Shown here: piece after piece, positions 28,353 to 38,148 of the stretch
How the letters are laid out: each line of letters opens with the position of its first letter
Position numbering within the stretch: position 1 is the stretch's first letter
Source: a virus
Lineage: Duplodnaviria; Heunggongvirae; Uroviricota; Caudoviricetes
IMG/VR virus record: IMGVR_UViG_3300009034_000003
Strand: one strand, 5' to 3'
Length of the DNA stretch: 64,000 nt
The notes under the pieces: model-generated
Seen by the model: the letters and a program-made list of their open reading frames with translations, nothing else
Told to the model about the DNA's origin: nothing
Database searches by the model: none
Made by a program: the position numbers and the translations under genes

Positions 28353-29231
28353 ATGCATGATATATTTGAGGTAGCATATGGTACAATTGTTGGTCGGGAC
28401 CACCTTTATACGGGAAGAGGAATCCGGAAGACCTTGATCGGAGCTAATAACCAGGATGGCTTTCGTCTTCTTTGTGGCGACGACTATATCATCGCAGTTG
28501 TTAGCGACGGGTGTGGTAGTAGCCGTAACAGCGAAGTCGGAGCACGGGTTGGGTCACATCTTGTTGTGGAGACCATCTATCGTAATCTGGAAAAACACTA
28601 TGCTGGATTTACGTCATTAGGTCTAGATAATGTGGAGCAATTTCTAGAGCGCGTAAGACTAGACGTTTTGTCTCATCTTCGAATTTTAGCTAATAGCATG
28701 AGTTCAGGTCTATCGCGAGTAGTTAACAGCAATTTCTTTTTCACTGTGCTAGGTGTGATAGTGACGTGGGACCACGCAGTGATCTTTTCCATAGGCGATG
28801 GTTATTTCTTTGTCAACGGAGAAATGACCGCCATTAGTTTTCCTGAGAATACACCTCCATATATTGCGTACGGCGTTACAGGGTCTACGTTAACTTATGA
28901 GCATCCTGAGCTTCTTCATTTTCAAGTTCATAAGGTGATGCCTATTGAAGATGTCGAGACGCTTTTAGTTGGAACGGATGGATTGAAGTATATGATCGAT
29001 GCCGAAGCGCAGAATGTCCCTGGAAAGCAAGAGTTAGTTGGTCCCGTGAGTCAGTTCTGGGAGGATGATCGCTATTTTGCAAATGAGTTCATGGTTACAC
29101 GAAGGTTCGGCCTTGTTAACCGCGATTACCTAAATATTGATTGGGATAATAGGCGCTTGACAGAAGAGCAAGGGAAGCTAAGGGATGATACTACGCTAGT
29201 GGTTATCAGGAAAAAGGGATATAATGGTTAA
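28353..29231 (+). CDS. PP2C/PPM-family Ser/Thr protein phosphatase
   Basis: VVSDGCGSS, SIGDGYFFVNGE and LLVGTDGL match the PPM metal-binding aspartate blocks; agagga RBS before ATG 28353 (ORF track begins at 28311, inside the promoter motif). Confidence 0.55.
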   Translation: MHDIFEVAYGTIVGRDHLYTGRGIRKTLIGANNQDGFRLLCGDDYIIAVVSDGCGSSRNSEVGARVGSHLVVETIYRNLEKHYAGFTSLGLDNVEQFLERVRLDVLSHLRILANSMSSGLSRVVNSNFFFTVLGVIVTWDHAVIFSIGDGYFFVNGEMTAISFPENTPPYIAYGVTGSTLTYEHPELLHFQVHKVMPIEDVETLLVGTDGLKYMIDAEAQNVPGKQELVGPVSQFWEDDRYFANEFMVTRRFGLVNRDYLNIDWDNRRLTEEQGKLRDDTTLVVIRKKGYNG

Positions 29232-31125
29232 CGAAGTATATATAAACGGAAAAAGAATAGCACTTGATCCTACTCGCTCGATTGGCATAGGTGGGGAGGC
29301 CGAGATTTTTGATATCGGAACCGATGCTTTGAAGGTGTTCAAAACTCCTGACCATCCTGACTACAAGAACCCTGATGGCAGTGATAATCGTGTAGAACAA
29401 GAGGGAGCTCTTGATCGAATTCAAGTTCATCAGCGAAAGCTACCTGCTCTGATGCAGTTAGCATCCCGACTTCCTGATCACATCGTTACGCCTAAAGAAC
29501 TTGGCACCGACCGCAACGGGCAGGTGGTCGTAGGTTATACGATGCTTCGTCTGGATGATGTCGAGCCTATTCTTCAGTTTTTTAAGAGGGACTTTCACGA
29601 TAAAGGACTCTCAAATAACATTGTTACAAGAGTCTTCTACGAATTGTACAAGATGATTTCAGGTGGTCATAGTGCTGAGTTTATCATTGGTGATTTTAAT
29701 CCGCTCAATGTGCTCGTGACCGCAAAATGGGCTCCCTATGTCATCGATGTAGATAGTGGGCAGTTTGCTAAGTTCCTGTGCAAAGTTTACACAGAACGTT
29801 ATGTGGATCCGTTGCTTTGTGATCCCGGTGCGAAGGCACCTACCCTCTCGAAACCTTATAACAAGTATTCAGACTGGTATTCTTTTACTGTTATGCTCTT
29901 CACATCTCTTTTGTGTGTAAACCCTCATGGAGGCGTATATAAGCCAAAAGGGAAGATTAAACGGATGACCCCTGGCGCAAGAGTACTTCAACGTATTACG
30001 GTCTTCGATCCAGATATAGTCTATCCCAGAGCCTCTTTAGCTTTTCATTTCGGAATCCTGCCTGACGATCTAATGCAACAATTTTATAGGACATTCAAGA
30101 AAGACGAGCGCGGTGCATTCCCTATTAACCTTCTTGAAGATATTCGCTGGACTAAGTGTACAGTTTGCGGTTTGGAACACGCTAGGTCAAGGTGTCCTTC
30201 ATGCGACAAGGCACCTCCTACAGCGATCAAGGAAGTGACTGTGGTGAGAGGTAAAGTGAAAGCTATACGGATTTTCAAGACATCAGGCCTTATCGTCTTT
30301 GCAGATCGCCAAAACGATAAGCTTCTTTGGTTATATCATGAGGGCGGCAAGTATAAACGAGAAGATGGTAAGGTAGCCGCGGAGGGTAGTCTTAATGCGC
30401 GTTTGAGGTTTCGTATTCAAGGGGATCGTACGCTTCTCGGTCAAAAGGGAACCCTTTTAACTATTTTGCCAGAATATAGTCCTACCCGCAGGCGTATCGA
30501 TAACTATGTGAACTTACCTATATTTGATGCTAATCAGGAGCACGTTTATTGGTTGGATGGAGGTAGACTTGAGCGCGAGGATAAAATCGCTCCAAAGCAT
30601 ATCGGAAACGTCTTAGCAGGGCAAACCCTTTTCTGGGTTGGGCCTACATTTGGTTTCGGTTTCTATAGAGCTGGGTCCTATAACGTGGCTTTTGTGTTTG
30701 ATGCGGAGCGTACCGGAATCAATGACTCGGTTAAGATATCACCAATCCGCGGTCAACTTATTGATTCTACATGTTTCTTTACTAAAAAGCTTTGCTGGTT
30801 TCTTGTGGCGACTCAAGAGAGCGGTAAGACTATACATCGGTGTTCTGTTATTCGACCTGATGGTTCCGTTGAAGCGACTGCAGAAGCTGAAGCTGGCGAC
30901 GGGTCGTGGTTATCGCAGTTGCGAGGAAAGTGTGCTTTAGGAAGATTTTTGTTTGTGGCAACAGACTCGGGTATCATTAGAGTAGAACCTACTGGCGGAC
31001 GTATTGTGAAAAGTGGCGAATTTCCTGATACGGAGCAGTTCGTTGATAGTGGTTGCCACCTTTTTTCTGGAGAAGGGATCTATGTTGTAGATCGTCATGA
31101 GATCAGGCTTCTTCAGATTGGGTAG
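29224..31125 (+). CDS. Hanks-type Ser/Thr protein kinase with C-terminal zinc-ribbon-containing extension
   Basis: Gly-rich loop IGIGGEAEIF, lysine ALKVFK, catalytic loop IIGDFNPLNVLV (D..N), DFG-like VIDVDSG; then CTVCGLEHARSRCPSCDK and a roughly 350-aa C-terminal region. Confidence 0.65.
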   Translation: MVNEVYINGKRIALDPTRSIGIGGEAEIFDIGTDALKVFKTPDHPDYKNPDGSDNRVEQEGALDRIQVHQRKLPALMQLASRLPDHIVTPKELGTDRNGQVVVGYTMLRLDDVEPILQFFKRDFHDKGLSNNIVTRVFYELYKMISGGHSAEFIIGDFNPLNVLVTAKWAPYVIDVDSGQFAKFLCKVYTERYVDPLLCDPGAKAPTLSKPYNKYSDWYSFTVMLFTSLLCVNPHGGVYKPKGKIKRMTPGARVLQRITVFDPDIVYPRASLAFHFGILPDDLMQQFYRTFKKDERGAFPINLLEDIRWTKCTVCGLEHARSRCPSCDKAPPTAIKEVTVVRGKVKAIRIFKTSGLIVFADRQNDKLLWLYHEGGKYKREDGKVAAEGSLNARLRFRIQGDRTLLGQKGTLLTILPEYSPTRRRIDNYVNLPIFDANQEHVYWLDGGRLEREDKIAPKHIGNVLAGQTLFWVGPTFGFGFYRAGSYNVAFVFDAERTGINDSVKISPIRGQLIDSTCFFTKKLCWFLVATQESGKTIHRCSVIRPDGSVEATAEAEAGDGSWLSQLRGKCALGRFLFVATDSGIIRVEPTGGRIVKSGEFPDTEQFVDSGCHLFSGEGIYVVDRHEIRLLQIG

Positions 31126-31140
31126 AAGGGAGACAGGAGA

Positions 31141-31452
31141 ATGATCAAACGAGAGAAGATGTCAAAGATGATGAACTGGGTTTTATTCGGGACTGCAGGT
31201 TTCCTGACTGCTATTTTCCTTGTAGCGGGTTACGTGGCAGAGTCTGTCTATGAATGGACGAGAGGGCCAATAGAGGCTAAAGTGGCCGTTGGGCAGGTAA
31301 AGGACGATCCCGAGGCTTATACGGCGACCCGAATAGCTGCTTCCAATTTTCCAGTAAAGGTTATTTGGGGAGCAATGTCCGGAGCGATAATATGTACGTG
31401 GCTTGTGACGTTCTTTATTTATCGGTTCAAGTTGCGTATCACGGATCTTTAA
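31141..31452 (+). CDS. membrane protein (2 TM)
   Basis: 103 aa with two hydrophobic helices. Confidence 0.45.
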   Translation: MIKREKMSKMMNWVLFGTAGFLTAIFLVAGYVAESVYEWTRGPIEAKVAVGQVKDDPEAYTATRIAASNFPVKVIWGAMSGAIICTWLVTFFIYRFKLRITDL

Positions 31453-31531
31453 GGGGGTGATATATGAGTAGATATTTGTGTTTTGGCTAGATGCGTTAAA
31501 CATGTGTCCAAGTCGGAGAGGAGAAAGGAAG

Positions 31532-32533
31532 ATGAAGAAATTTGTGTTTACAGGGATAGTTGTTGCGATCGCTATAGCGATTATGGTCAGTGTTTTTGGT
31601 TGCGGGAAACCTATGATAGAGATGAACGTGGAAATCGAACCTAATGAAACTGCGTTTGTCATCCCGCTCGAAGGCGACACTGCAGCGCAAGCGAGGTTCG
31701 AATCTGCAGAGTATTTGGAGAACTTGAAAGTCGCTGCGAAGAGGATCATCCTGCCCCAACGAAAGAAGAAGACCGGGCGGTATAGTAGGAATTACGTGTG
31801 GATAGCCACCGTTAGAGTGATTAAGGTTTCCCGAGAGCCTGAGAGTCGCGAGTGGACGGAGGATCCAACGACGGGGACAGGTCCTAAGGACGAAGCGCTT
31901 CACATGGAGTCCAAGGATGGTATCAACTTTTATACTGGGGTAGCTATCACAGCGAAGGTCATGGAGGCTAATACCTCTACGTTTTTGTATACCTATCCTT
32001 CGGGGAAGCTGTCGATCGTTCTAGATAGAGATGTCAGGGCTTCTGCTCAGGAGAAGTTAGCTGGTGAGTTTGGAAGGCTAGATCAGACTGAGTGCAACGA
32101 TCAGAAGTCTGACATCTTCCAGAGAGTGAAGGAGGCGCTCGTCGAGGATTTTGCTAAAGAGGGAATCACCATCACGACTTTCGGCCAACAAGGCGGCTTC
32201 ATGTTTATAGACAAATCAATTCAAGACGCTATAAACGCGAGGTTCGCTGCTGAGTTGGATAAGAAGACCGCTACTGAAGAGCAGTTAGCCCAAGAAACTC
32301 GGAACACGATGGCTGAGGACAAAGCTGCCTCCGATCGAAAGGTTGCCGAGGAGTATGCGAAGCAGCAAAAGGCTCAAAAGGAGATAAAGCTCCTAGATAT
32401 CCAGATGGTTGTAGCTGAGGCCCTTAAAGCTAGTGCTGCACAAGGCCAGCCGATTGTTCCACAGATCTCCAGTGGTGCAGGGGGCGGAAGCATGATATAT
32501 CAGATACTCGCACCCGCACTCAAGGGGCAATAG
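31532..32533 (+). CDS. putative lipoprotein with charged coiled-coil C-terminus (SPFH/band-7-like?)
   Basis: MKKFVFTGIVVAIAIAIMVSVFGC lipobox signal after ggagaaagga RBS; AEE/KQQKAQKE-rich C-terminus. Confidence 0.4.
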   Translation: MKKFVFTGIVVAIAIAIMVSVFGCGKPMIEMNVEIEPNETAFVIPLEGDTAAQARFESAEYLENLKVAAKRIILPQRKKKTGRYSRNYVWIATVRVIKVSREPESREWTEDPTTGTGPKDEALHMESKDGINFYTGVAITAKVMEANTSTFLYTYPSGKLSIVLDRDVRASAQEKLAGEFGRLDQTECNDQKSDIFQRVKEALVEDFAKEGITITTFGQQGGFMFIDKSIQDAINARFAAELDKKTATEEQLAQETRNTMAEDKAASDRKVAEEYAKQQKAQKEIKLLDIQMVVAEALKASAAQGQPIVPQISSGAGGGSMIYQILAPALKGQ

Positions 32534-32686
32534 TTTTTAGGTTGGGTAGGGAGGTGATGCCAGTGCGCCGTAGTTTCCCTGACAGGGTTGCCACGGATAT
32601 TCTTGAGTAATTAGGGAGGTTGGGTGGGTTACTTGATTTGTAGTTTTTGTTCTAGGCGGAGATTTAGCAAAGGAGGAGATTGAGAA

Positions 32687-33760
32687 ATGGCTGTAAAACA
32701 ACTTCCAATTCCAGATTTCTTTAACCCTGACAACGCGGGGCTCACTTCATATAGTCCAAATGCAAACGAGCTATTTGCTTTGGCCCAGACATGGCGAAAG
32801 GAGCATGATATTAAGCCTGCAGCGGGAGACAGGGTTAAGATTCATATCTTGGATATTGACTCGCAGTTCGACTTCAGCTTTCCTGAAGGCACACTTTACG
32901 TGGGAGGGCGCAGTGGCACCGGCGCTATAGATGCGCACCGGAATCTCGGGAACTTTATATATAAGTATCTGTATATGATTTCACAGATTACGAATACTCT
33001 GGATAGCCATTTACCTATCCAGGTGTTCTTTCCAACTGCTCATCTGCGTAAGGATGGAAGTCATCCTGAACCCAACACGATTGTTTCAGCAGAGGAGTAT
33101 CACAAAGGCGATTACAGAGCGAATCCGGCAGTGGCTAAGGAGCTAGGTGCTGATCCTAATTGGCTCAACAGGCAGTTCACATATTATTGCGAACAGCTTG
33201 AGAAGGTTGATCCCGTAACAGGACGAGCAAAGTATCAGCTCTATCTGTGGCCATTCCACTGTCTCATCGGCAGCAGGGGCCACCCGCTTGTAGGTATCGT
33301 CGAAGAGATGAGGCTGTTCCATGCTTTCACAAGGAGTGCAGCTAATACCGTACAGATTAAAGGCGGGAGTCCTTTCACGGAGCACTATAGCATTTTTGCT
33401 CCGGAAGTGATGACGTTCTTTGATGGGTCTGCTATTCCTGGGGTGCAGAGGAATACGGTGCTCATCAATACACTTATGACGGCTGACATGGTGATAATCG
33501 TAGGGCTTGCGGATAGTCACTGCGTGAAAGAGTCAATTGCTGATTTGCAAAGCGATATTGCTTCACAGGATCCGGAACTCGCTAAGAAGGTATACATTAT
33601 GAAAGATTGCAGTGCTTCGGTGGTTATCCCTAATGTAATCGATTTCACCGATGCTGCAGAAGAAGCATTACAAGAGTTCCAGAACGCTGGGATGAATGTC
33701 GTGGAGAGTACTACACCGATCGAGGAGTGGCCAGGTGTAGATAAGATCCTAGATATCTAG
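32687..33760 (+). CDS. isochorismatase-family hydrolase (nicotinamidase PncA-like)
   Basis: HILDIDSQFDF (D..QNDF-type), TLDSH, and catalytic Cys in GLADSHCV, in the isochorismatase/PncA order. Confidence 0.5.
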   Translation: MAVKQLPIPDFFNPDNAGLTSYSPNANELFALAQTWRKEHDIKPAAGDRVKIHILDIDSQFDFSFPEGTLYVGGRSGTGAIDAHRNLGNFIYKYLYMISQITNTLDSHLPIQVFFPTAHLRKDGSHPEPNTIVSAEEYHKGDYRANPAVAKELGADPNWLNRQFTYYCEQLEKVDPVTGRAKYQLYLWPFHCLIGSRGHPLVGIVEEMRLFHAFTRSAANTVQIKGGSPFTEHYSIFAPEVMTFFDGSAIPGVQRNTVLINTLMTADMVIIVGLADSHCVKESIADLQSDIASQDPELAKKVYIMKDCSASVVIPNVIDFTDAAEEALQEFQNAGMNVVESTTPIEEWPGVDKILDI

Positions 33761-33779
33761 GCGGAGAGGAGGAGAGTAA

Positions 33780-34607
33780 GTGGATCAAAAAGATGTTGAT
33801 TCAACAGTCAATGTAGACGATATGCTTAAAACGGCTGAGCAGGAGAATATTTTCTCTCAGCCAGTATTAGACGTCATTAAGACGGCAGACCTTGGTACCC
33901 AAATTGGTGCTGGTCTGGGTGCAACGCCCGATGACCTCAAGGCCTATAATGCGTTATTGATAGCTGCGATCATTGATAACTCTAGTTCGATCTCAGGTAT
34001 ACCAGACGGACCGGAGGCCGTATGTGCAGGGCAGAACCTTTACATCGAAGCGTTTATAGGGTCTAAGCAGGAAGCAGGTATCCTCCTAGGAACCTGGCTT
34101 ATCAATGAGGATGATCCTGTGCATCCATTCGTCGCAGCGGAAGATGCTGTGCTCTTGGAAAACGGCGTGAACTACCATGCTCAAGGCGTTACACCATTGT
34201 ACAGGAAGACCAGTACTGTACTAGCGACGTTGGGCCTGAAGATGCAAGTAGAGTATGCTGACGCTGGATGTCCGTGTAGCGGTATTTTACTTATTGTCAC
34301 TGATGGACGTGACGAGGACTATTACCACACCGGAAAGCCTTTCACAGCGCAGCATGTCAAGTCTATGATCGAGGACTTAGGGGAGAATCTGATCGTGCAA
34401 TTCATGGGTATCGCTGGAAATAAGGACGTCGATTTTAGACAGATTGCTCTGGAGATGGGCGTTCAACCTCAGTTTATCATGACACCTGATGCTACTGCCC
34501 ATGATATCCGCGACTCATTCGATCTCGCTAGTAAGTCAGCTGTTGCTGCGAGTAAAACTGCAGATAGTTTCTCGCAGCAAGCTGCAAAGGGCTTCACCGT
34601 GGACTAG
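33780..34607 (+). CDS. vWA-like domain protein
   Basis: IIDNSSSIS (DxSxS MIDAS-like) and ILLIVTDGRDED. Confidence 0.4.
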   Translation: MDQKDVDSTVNVDDMLKTAEQENIFSQPVLDVIKTADLGTQIGAGLGATPDDLKAYNALLIAAIIDNSSSISGIPDGPEAVCAGQNLYIEAFIGSKQEAGILLGTWLINEDDPVHPFVAAEDAVLLENGVNYHAQGVTPLYRKTSTVLATLGLKMQVEYADAGCPCSGILLIVTDGRDEDYYHTGKPFTAQHVKSMIEDLGENLIVQFMGIAGNKDVDFRQIALEMGVQPQFIMTPDATAHDIRDSFDLASKSAVAASKTADSFSQQAAKGFTVD

Positions 34608-34664
34608 GGTCACGTGGACTATGGTCCAGCCCTATTTAACTTTTATCGTGAGGTTTTGCGATTA

Positions 34665-34688
34665 GATTCATATTATAAAAGTGAAGAG
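34665..34688 (+). promoter_or_regulatory. conserved promoter-like motif variant ATTCATATTATAAAAGTGAAGAGC
   Basis: Followed by hairpin AACCCCATCCGAAGGGTT. Confidence 0.35.
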
Positions 34689-34783
34689 CAAAACCCCATC
34701 CGAAGGGTTCCGGAGCGCTTTAATCTTTGTTTATGATACCTCGGCTGCGCTTTGGAGCCCTTTGGCTTAGGGAGGAAGTAGAT

Positions 34784-36160
34784 ATGCGATATATGATGCT
34801 AGTAATAGCAGTAATTTCAATGGGCACTTTGATAGTAAATTGTGTTCTAGGAAATGTAGTCACATTGTTTGAAGACAACGAGCCTTTAGCTGGAAGATTG
34901 ACAGGTGGAGATGCAGTTGTAAGTATCGAACGCTTCGATGTCTATCATGGATCAAGAGCAATTAAGGTTGCTGCACCTATAATTGGGAACACAGGCCAAG
35001 CAAATAGCAGGTGCATTCTCGACTGGGAGTACAAAGTTGTCAAAAGACCGGTCGGAAGCAACGAAGTTCGATGGGTTATGTTCGCATGGAAAAAGCCAGA
35101 CAGCGACGGCATTATGGTTCAGTTTGCTGATGACTGCAGCTGGGGAGCGAATGTTCTCAGGTATTTTGCTGGTAAGAACCTCTCGGGATGGAAAGCCATT
35201 AGGGTGAGCAATCATGTCCCGCGAGGGTGGCAGATTGTGATCAGGGACCTATATTCCGATTTCGGCAATTTTACGTTGACCGGCATATCCCTCACACCTT
35301 TTAATGGTGTTGGGCTATTTGATTCTATTTATCTGGCAAAGAGCAAAGAAGATCTGCTTTCAGTCTTTGAGCCCACGCTAGGCACCGAGGTGTTTGTGGA
35401 TACTCCTAGCCGGGTGAGCGACGGCGCTACTTTTACTGCTTCTATAGAGGTTCGAAATGTATACGATTTAGCCGGATTTGAGATGGAAGTGAGCTTTAAT
35501 CCCGATGTTATTAAGGTTAACAGGGTAGAAGAGGGTACTTTTCTATCGAGCGGCGGGGTGACGTATTGGCTAAACCCCGATGATGATAATAGCAGAGGGA
35601 AGATAACCGAGATTGCATGTGTTCGAACGGACGGACGCAGTGGTGATGGTACCCTATTTACTATAGTATTTAAGGCTCGAGACGAAGGGAGTAGCAACAT
35701 TGTACTGGAAAATGTACGTTTAGCTGATTCAGAAGTCAGGATTATACCCACCAAAGTAACGGATGCCAGTGTGGAAGTGGCAACTGTTCCGCGCTGGGAT
35801 GTTAACGCTGACGGACGTGTCGATTTCCTTGATTTAGTAATAGTGGCACAGCATTTCGGGGAGTATATAAACCAGCCGGGCGAGGAAAATCCAGACGTTA
35901 CCGGCGACGGGAAAGTGGATGTAACAGACCTTATCACGGTGGGAAGGCACTATGGAGATGTCTATGGGGATGCCGCTCCAAGTAAACTCGCTTACTCTGT
36001 GCCGTTACGATTTGTACCATCCCTTGAAAAAGCACTTGATTTAGTTCGAAGTAGCCCTCATCCTGATAAAACCACTATAAAGTTGTTGATGGGCTTGATA
36101 AAGAATGCCAAGCCTATCAAAGACTCTACTTGGGGAGCACGCAAGTTCGAGCTAAGGTGA
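34784..36160 (+). CDS. secreted cohesin domain + dockerin domain protein
   Basis: Signal peptide MRYMMLVIAVISMGTLIVNC after gggagga RBS; cohesin-like block (FTASIEVRNVYDLAGFEMEVSFNPDVIKV...LFTIVFKARDEGSSNIVLENVRLAD); duplicated dockerin Ca-binding repeats DVNADGRVDFLDLVIVAQHFG and DVTGDGKVDVTDLITVGRHYG. Confidence 0.6.
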   Translation: MRYMMLVIAVISMGTLIVNCVLGNVVTLFEDNEPLAGRLTGGDAVVSIERFDVYHGSRAIKVAAPIIGNTGQANSRCILDWEYKVVKRPVGSNEVRWVMFAWKKPDSDGIMVQFADDCSWGANVLRYFAGKNLSGWKAIRVSNHVPRGWQIVIRDLYSDFGNFTLTGISLTPFNGVGLFDSIYLAKSKEDLLSVFEPTLGTEVFVDTPSRVSDGATFTASIEVRNVYDLAGFEMEVSFNPDVIKVNRVEEGTFLSSGGVTYWLNPDDDNSRGKITEIACVRTDGRSGDGTLFTIVFKARDEGSSNIVLENVRLADSEVRIIPTKVTDASVEVATVPRWDVNADGRVDFLDLVIVAQHFGEYINQPGEENPDVTGDGKVDVTDLITVGRHYGDVYGDAAPSKLAYSVPLRFVPSLEKALDLVRSSPHPDKTTIKLLMGLIKNAKPIKDSTWGARKFELR

Positions 36161-36576
36161 AACTGGACGAAGACAGATTGGCCTATTTGATACAGCATTA
36201 CGATCTGGTGCGGGTACTGCCTAGTTTGATTGAGCTAGAGCCGATGGAGAGGGAGCTCCTTGATGCCGGGTTAATGGAAATCGTTACCCGGCGAGCCGTG
36301 TCCAAGAGCGCTGATGGAAGTGTCGACGTGGGTCCTCGTCGGGTTTTAGTACTTTCAGAAGCGGCAAGGGAACTAGTGAGACGTCGCGCAGGACTGCGCT
36401 TGGTAAATGAGTTATTGTCTCGGGCGCATCCGCCTTTTTCCGCACCCGATTTAGGGAAAATAGTGGCCCGAGTTCCCTTTCACGCTCTTCCGTTGCTTCT
36501 TGCTTGTGGTGATAGTTCGATACGGGATCTGGCGGCCAGGAGAACGCGGAAACGGGAGTTTTTTCGAAGGATATGA
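36130..36576 (+). CDS. HEAT-tail family protein
   Basis: RLAYLIQHYDL N-terminal motif; C-terminal HALPLLLACGDSSIRDLAARR. Confidence 0.5.
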   Translation: MGSTQVRAKVKLDEDRLAYLIQHYDLVRVLPSLIELEPMERELLDAGLMEIVTRRAVSKSADGSVDVGPRRVLVLSEAARELVRRRAGLRLVNELLSRAHPPFSAPDLGKIVARVPFHALPLLLACGDSSIRDLAARRTRKREFFRRI

Positions 36577-36582
36577 ATCCAA

Positions 36583-36966
36583 GTGGATCTATCGGAACAT
36601 TTGCTTAGGTCTTTGACTTCTGCTTACTGGGTGATCCGTTCTTTGCCGCATCTTGGGAGACTCAGTGCCAACGAGAAAGAGTTAATGTCTTTAGGCTTGC
36701 TTGAGGTTGACATTGTAGGTATGGACGATCCTCCGGAGGACAGAAGATATGAGATAAAGATATCAGACGCAGGGGCACAGCTGGTTGAGGAGCGTTGCGT
36801 TCTAGCTTTGATAGAGTACGGCTGTGCGTCCGGCGTTGTGTACGGTAACAAAGTAAACGATTTGATTAAAAAAGTTCCCAAGGAGCGGCTTCCCAGGTTG
36901 CTAGCAAGCGATAACAATATTGTACGGCAAGTGGCAAAGGCACGATTAGAAGATGGAATTAACTGA
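36583..36966 (+). CDS. HEAT-tail family protein
   Basis: LLRSLTSAYWV N-terminal motif; C-terminal ERLPRLLASDNNIVRQVAKARLEDG. Confidence 0.55.
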   Translation: MDLSEHLLRSLTSAYWVIRSLPHLGRLSANEKELMSLGLLEVDIVGMDDPPEDRRYEIKISDAGAQLVEERCVLALIEYGCASGVVYGNKVNDLIKKVPKERLPRLLASDNNIVRQVAKARLEDGIN

Positions 36967-37339
36967 GGAACAAGTCGATTGGTTGGTTGAGCATTACGTT
37001 AATCCTGGACGTGCTCGAGGGAAGATGCCTTCACTTGAGCAGTCACTCCTAGACCTAGGTCTGATAAAGAGTGAGTGTTTTCCTACAAGGGACACGAATA
37101 TATACGTTCTATCGCTTACTGAAGAGGGATGGAAGGAAGCTGCCGGGTACAGGTTTGCAGAAGTAGTGGAGAAGTGCAAGGGAGTATTTTCTGGGGAGGC
37201 TATAGGAAGAGTCGTGATAGGTGGGTTGTCCCTAGGTGCTTTACCAGTACTACTCAGCAATGAAAGTGTGCTAGTGCAGAAATATGCGTCCAAGAGGCTC
37301 GAGCAGCTAAGGCATGAGAATGACTGTGGAGATAGCTGA
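36953..37339 (+). CDS. HEAT-tail family protein
   Basis: VDWLVEHYV N-terminal motif; C-terminal GALPVLLSNESVLVQKYASKRLEQL. Confidence 0.55.
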   Translation: MELTEEQVDWLVEHYVNPGRARGKMPSLEQSLLDLGLIKSECFPTRDTNIYVLSLTEEGWKEAAGYRFAEVVEKCKGVFSGEAIGRVVIGGLSLGALPVLLSNESVLVQKYASKRLEQLRHENDCGDS

Positions 37340-37724
37340 TAAGGAATTCGAGTTAGCAGTGCTTATGTATGTACAAGAGCCTCAAATGTACCCCTTGGGT
37401 AGGGCGCAAGAGCTATTTGATCTAGGTATATTTCGGTCAAGTGGACAGTTTGGTCTCGTTGAGAATAGTACGAAGCTCAAGAGAGGCGAGGCTATTTACG
37501 GGGTTACGCTTGCGCAAAGAGGCGTTGATTTAATTGCTCAAGCTGATCCTGTGAGGGTAGCTCGGATATGGATAGATCATGATTTTATAGTAGCTGGTAC
37601 GGGGTGGATTCTAAGTAAGATGTCACGTGATCAATTGCCTGAATTCTTGTCTCATGAGAGCCAAGAGGTAAGGAAGGCAGCATTTGCACGCCTACAGGAC
37701 CTAGAACGCGAAGCCAATGGGTAA
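37314..37724 (+). CDS. HEAT-tail family protein
   Basis: C-terminal DQLPEFLSHESQEVRKAAFARLQDLE. Confidence 0.55.
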   Translation: MRMTVEIADKEFELAVLMYVQEPQMYPLGRAQELFDLGIFRSSGQFGLVENSTKLKRGEAIYGVTLAQRGVDLIAQADPVRVARIWIDHDFIVAGTGWILSKMSRDQLPEFLSHESQEVRKAAFARLQDLEREANG

Positions 37725-38148
37725 GGCAAACGTGCTAACTCTAAATGACAAGCACATCGGTATATTGGCTGAGTTATATTGGAACGGGTCTCAATTCTCA
37801 CGAACTACACCGGAATTGCGCAAAGAAATCGAGGAGCTAATTGAAGAAGGTTTTATTGAGGAACGTCGTACATTTTTCAAGGTTCTACAGTGGCAGTGGT
37901 GTGTTCGACTTACTGGAGCTGGTGAAAAAGTCCATATGGCGATGGATCCTGTGCGCGTTTTTAATCATTACATGAGAACTGCTGATTCTTCGCGAACACT
38001 TCCAGCGGCGTGTGCCGCGGTAGCTAAATTTACACTAGATCAATTGCCGGGAGCTCTTGCACACGAGAACGAGAAGGTAAGGGAAGCCGCTACAGAGAGA
38101 TTGAGAGAGCTATCTCGTGGACCCTACTACTGTGAAACTAACGGATGA
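37717..38148 (+). CDS. HEAT-tail family protein
   Basis: C-terminal DQLPGALAHENEKVREAATERLRELS. Confidence 0.55.
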   Translation: MGKANVLTLNDKHIGILAELYWNGSQFSRTTPELRKEIEELIEEGFIEERRTFFKVLQWQWCVRLTGAGEKVHMAMDPVRVFNHYMRTADSSRTLPAACAAVAKFTLDQLPGALAHENEKVREAATERLRELSRGPYYCETNG

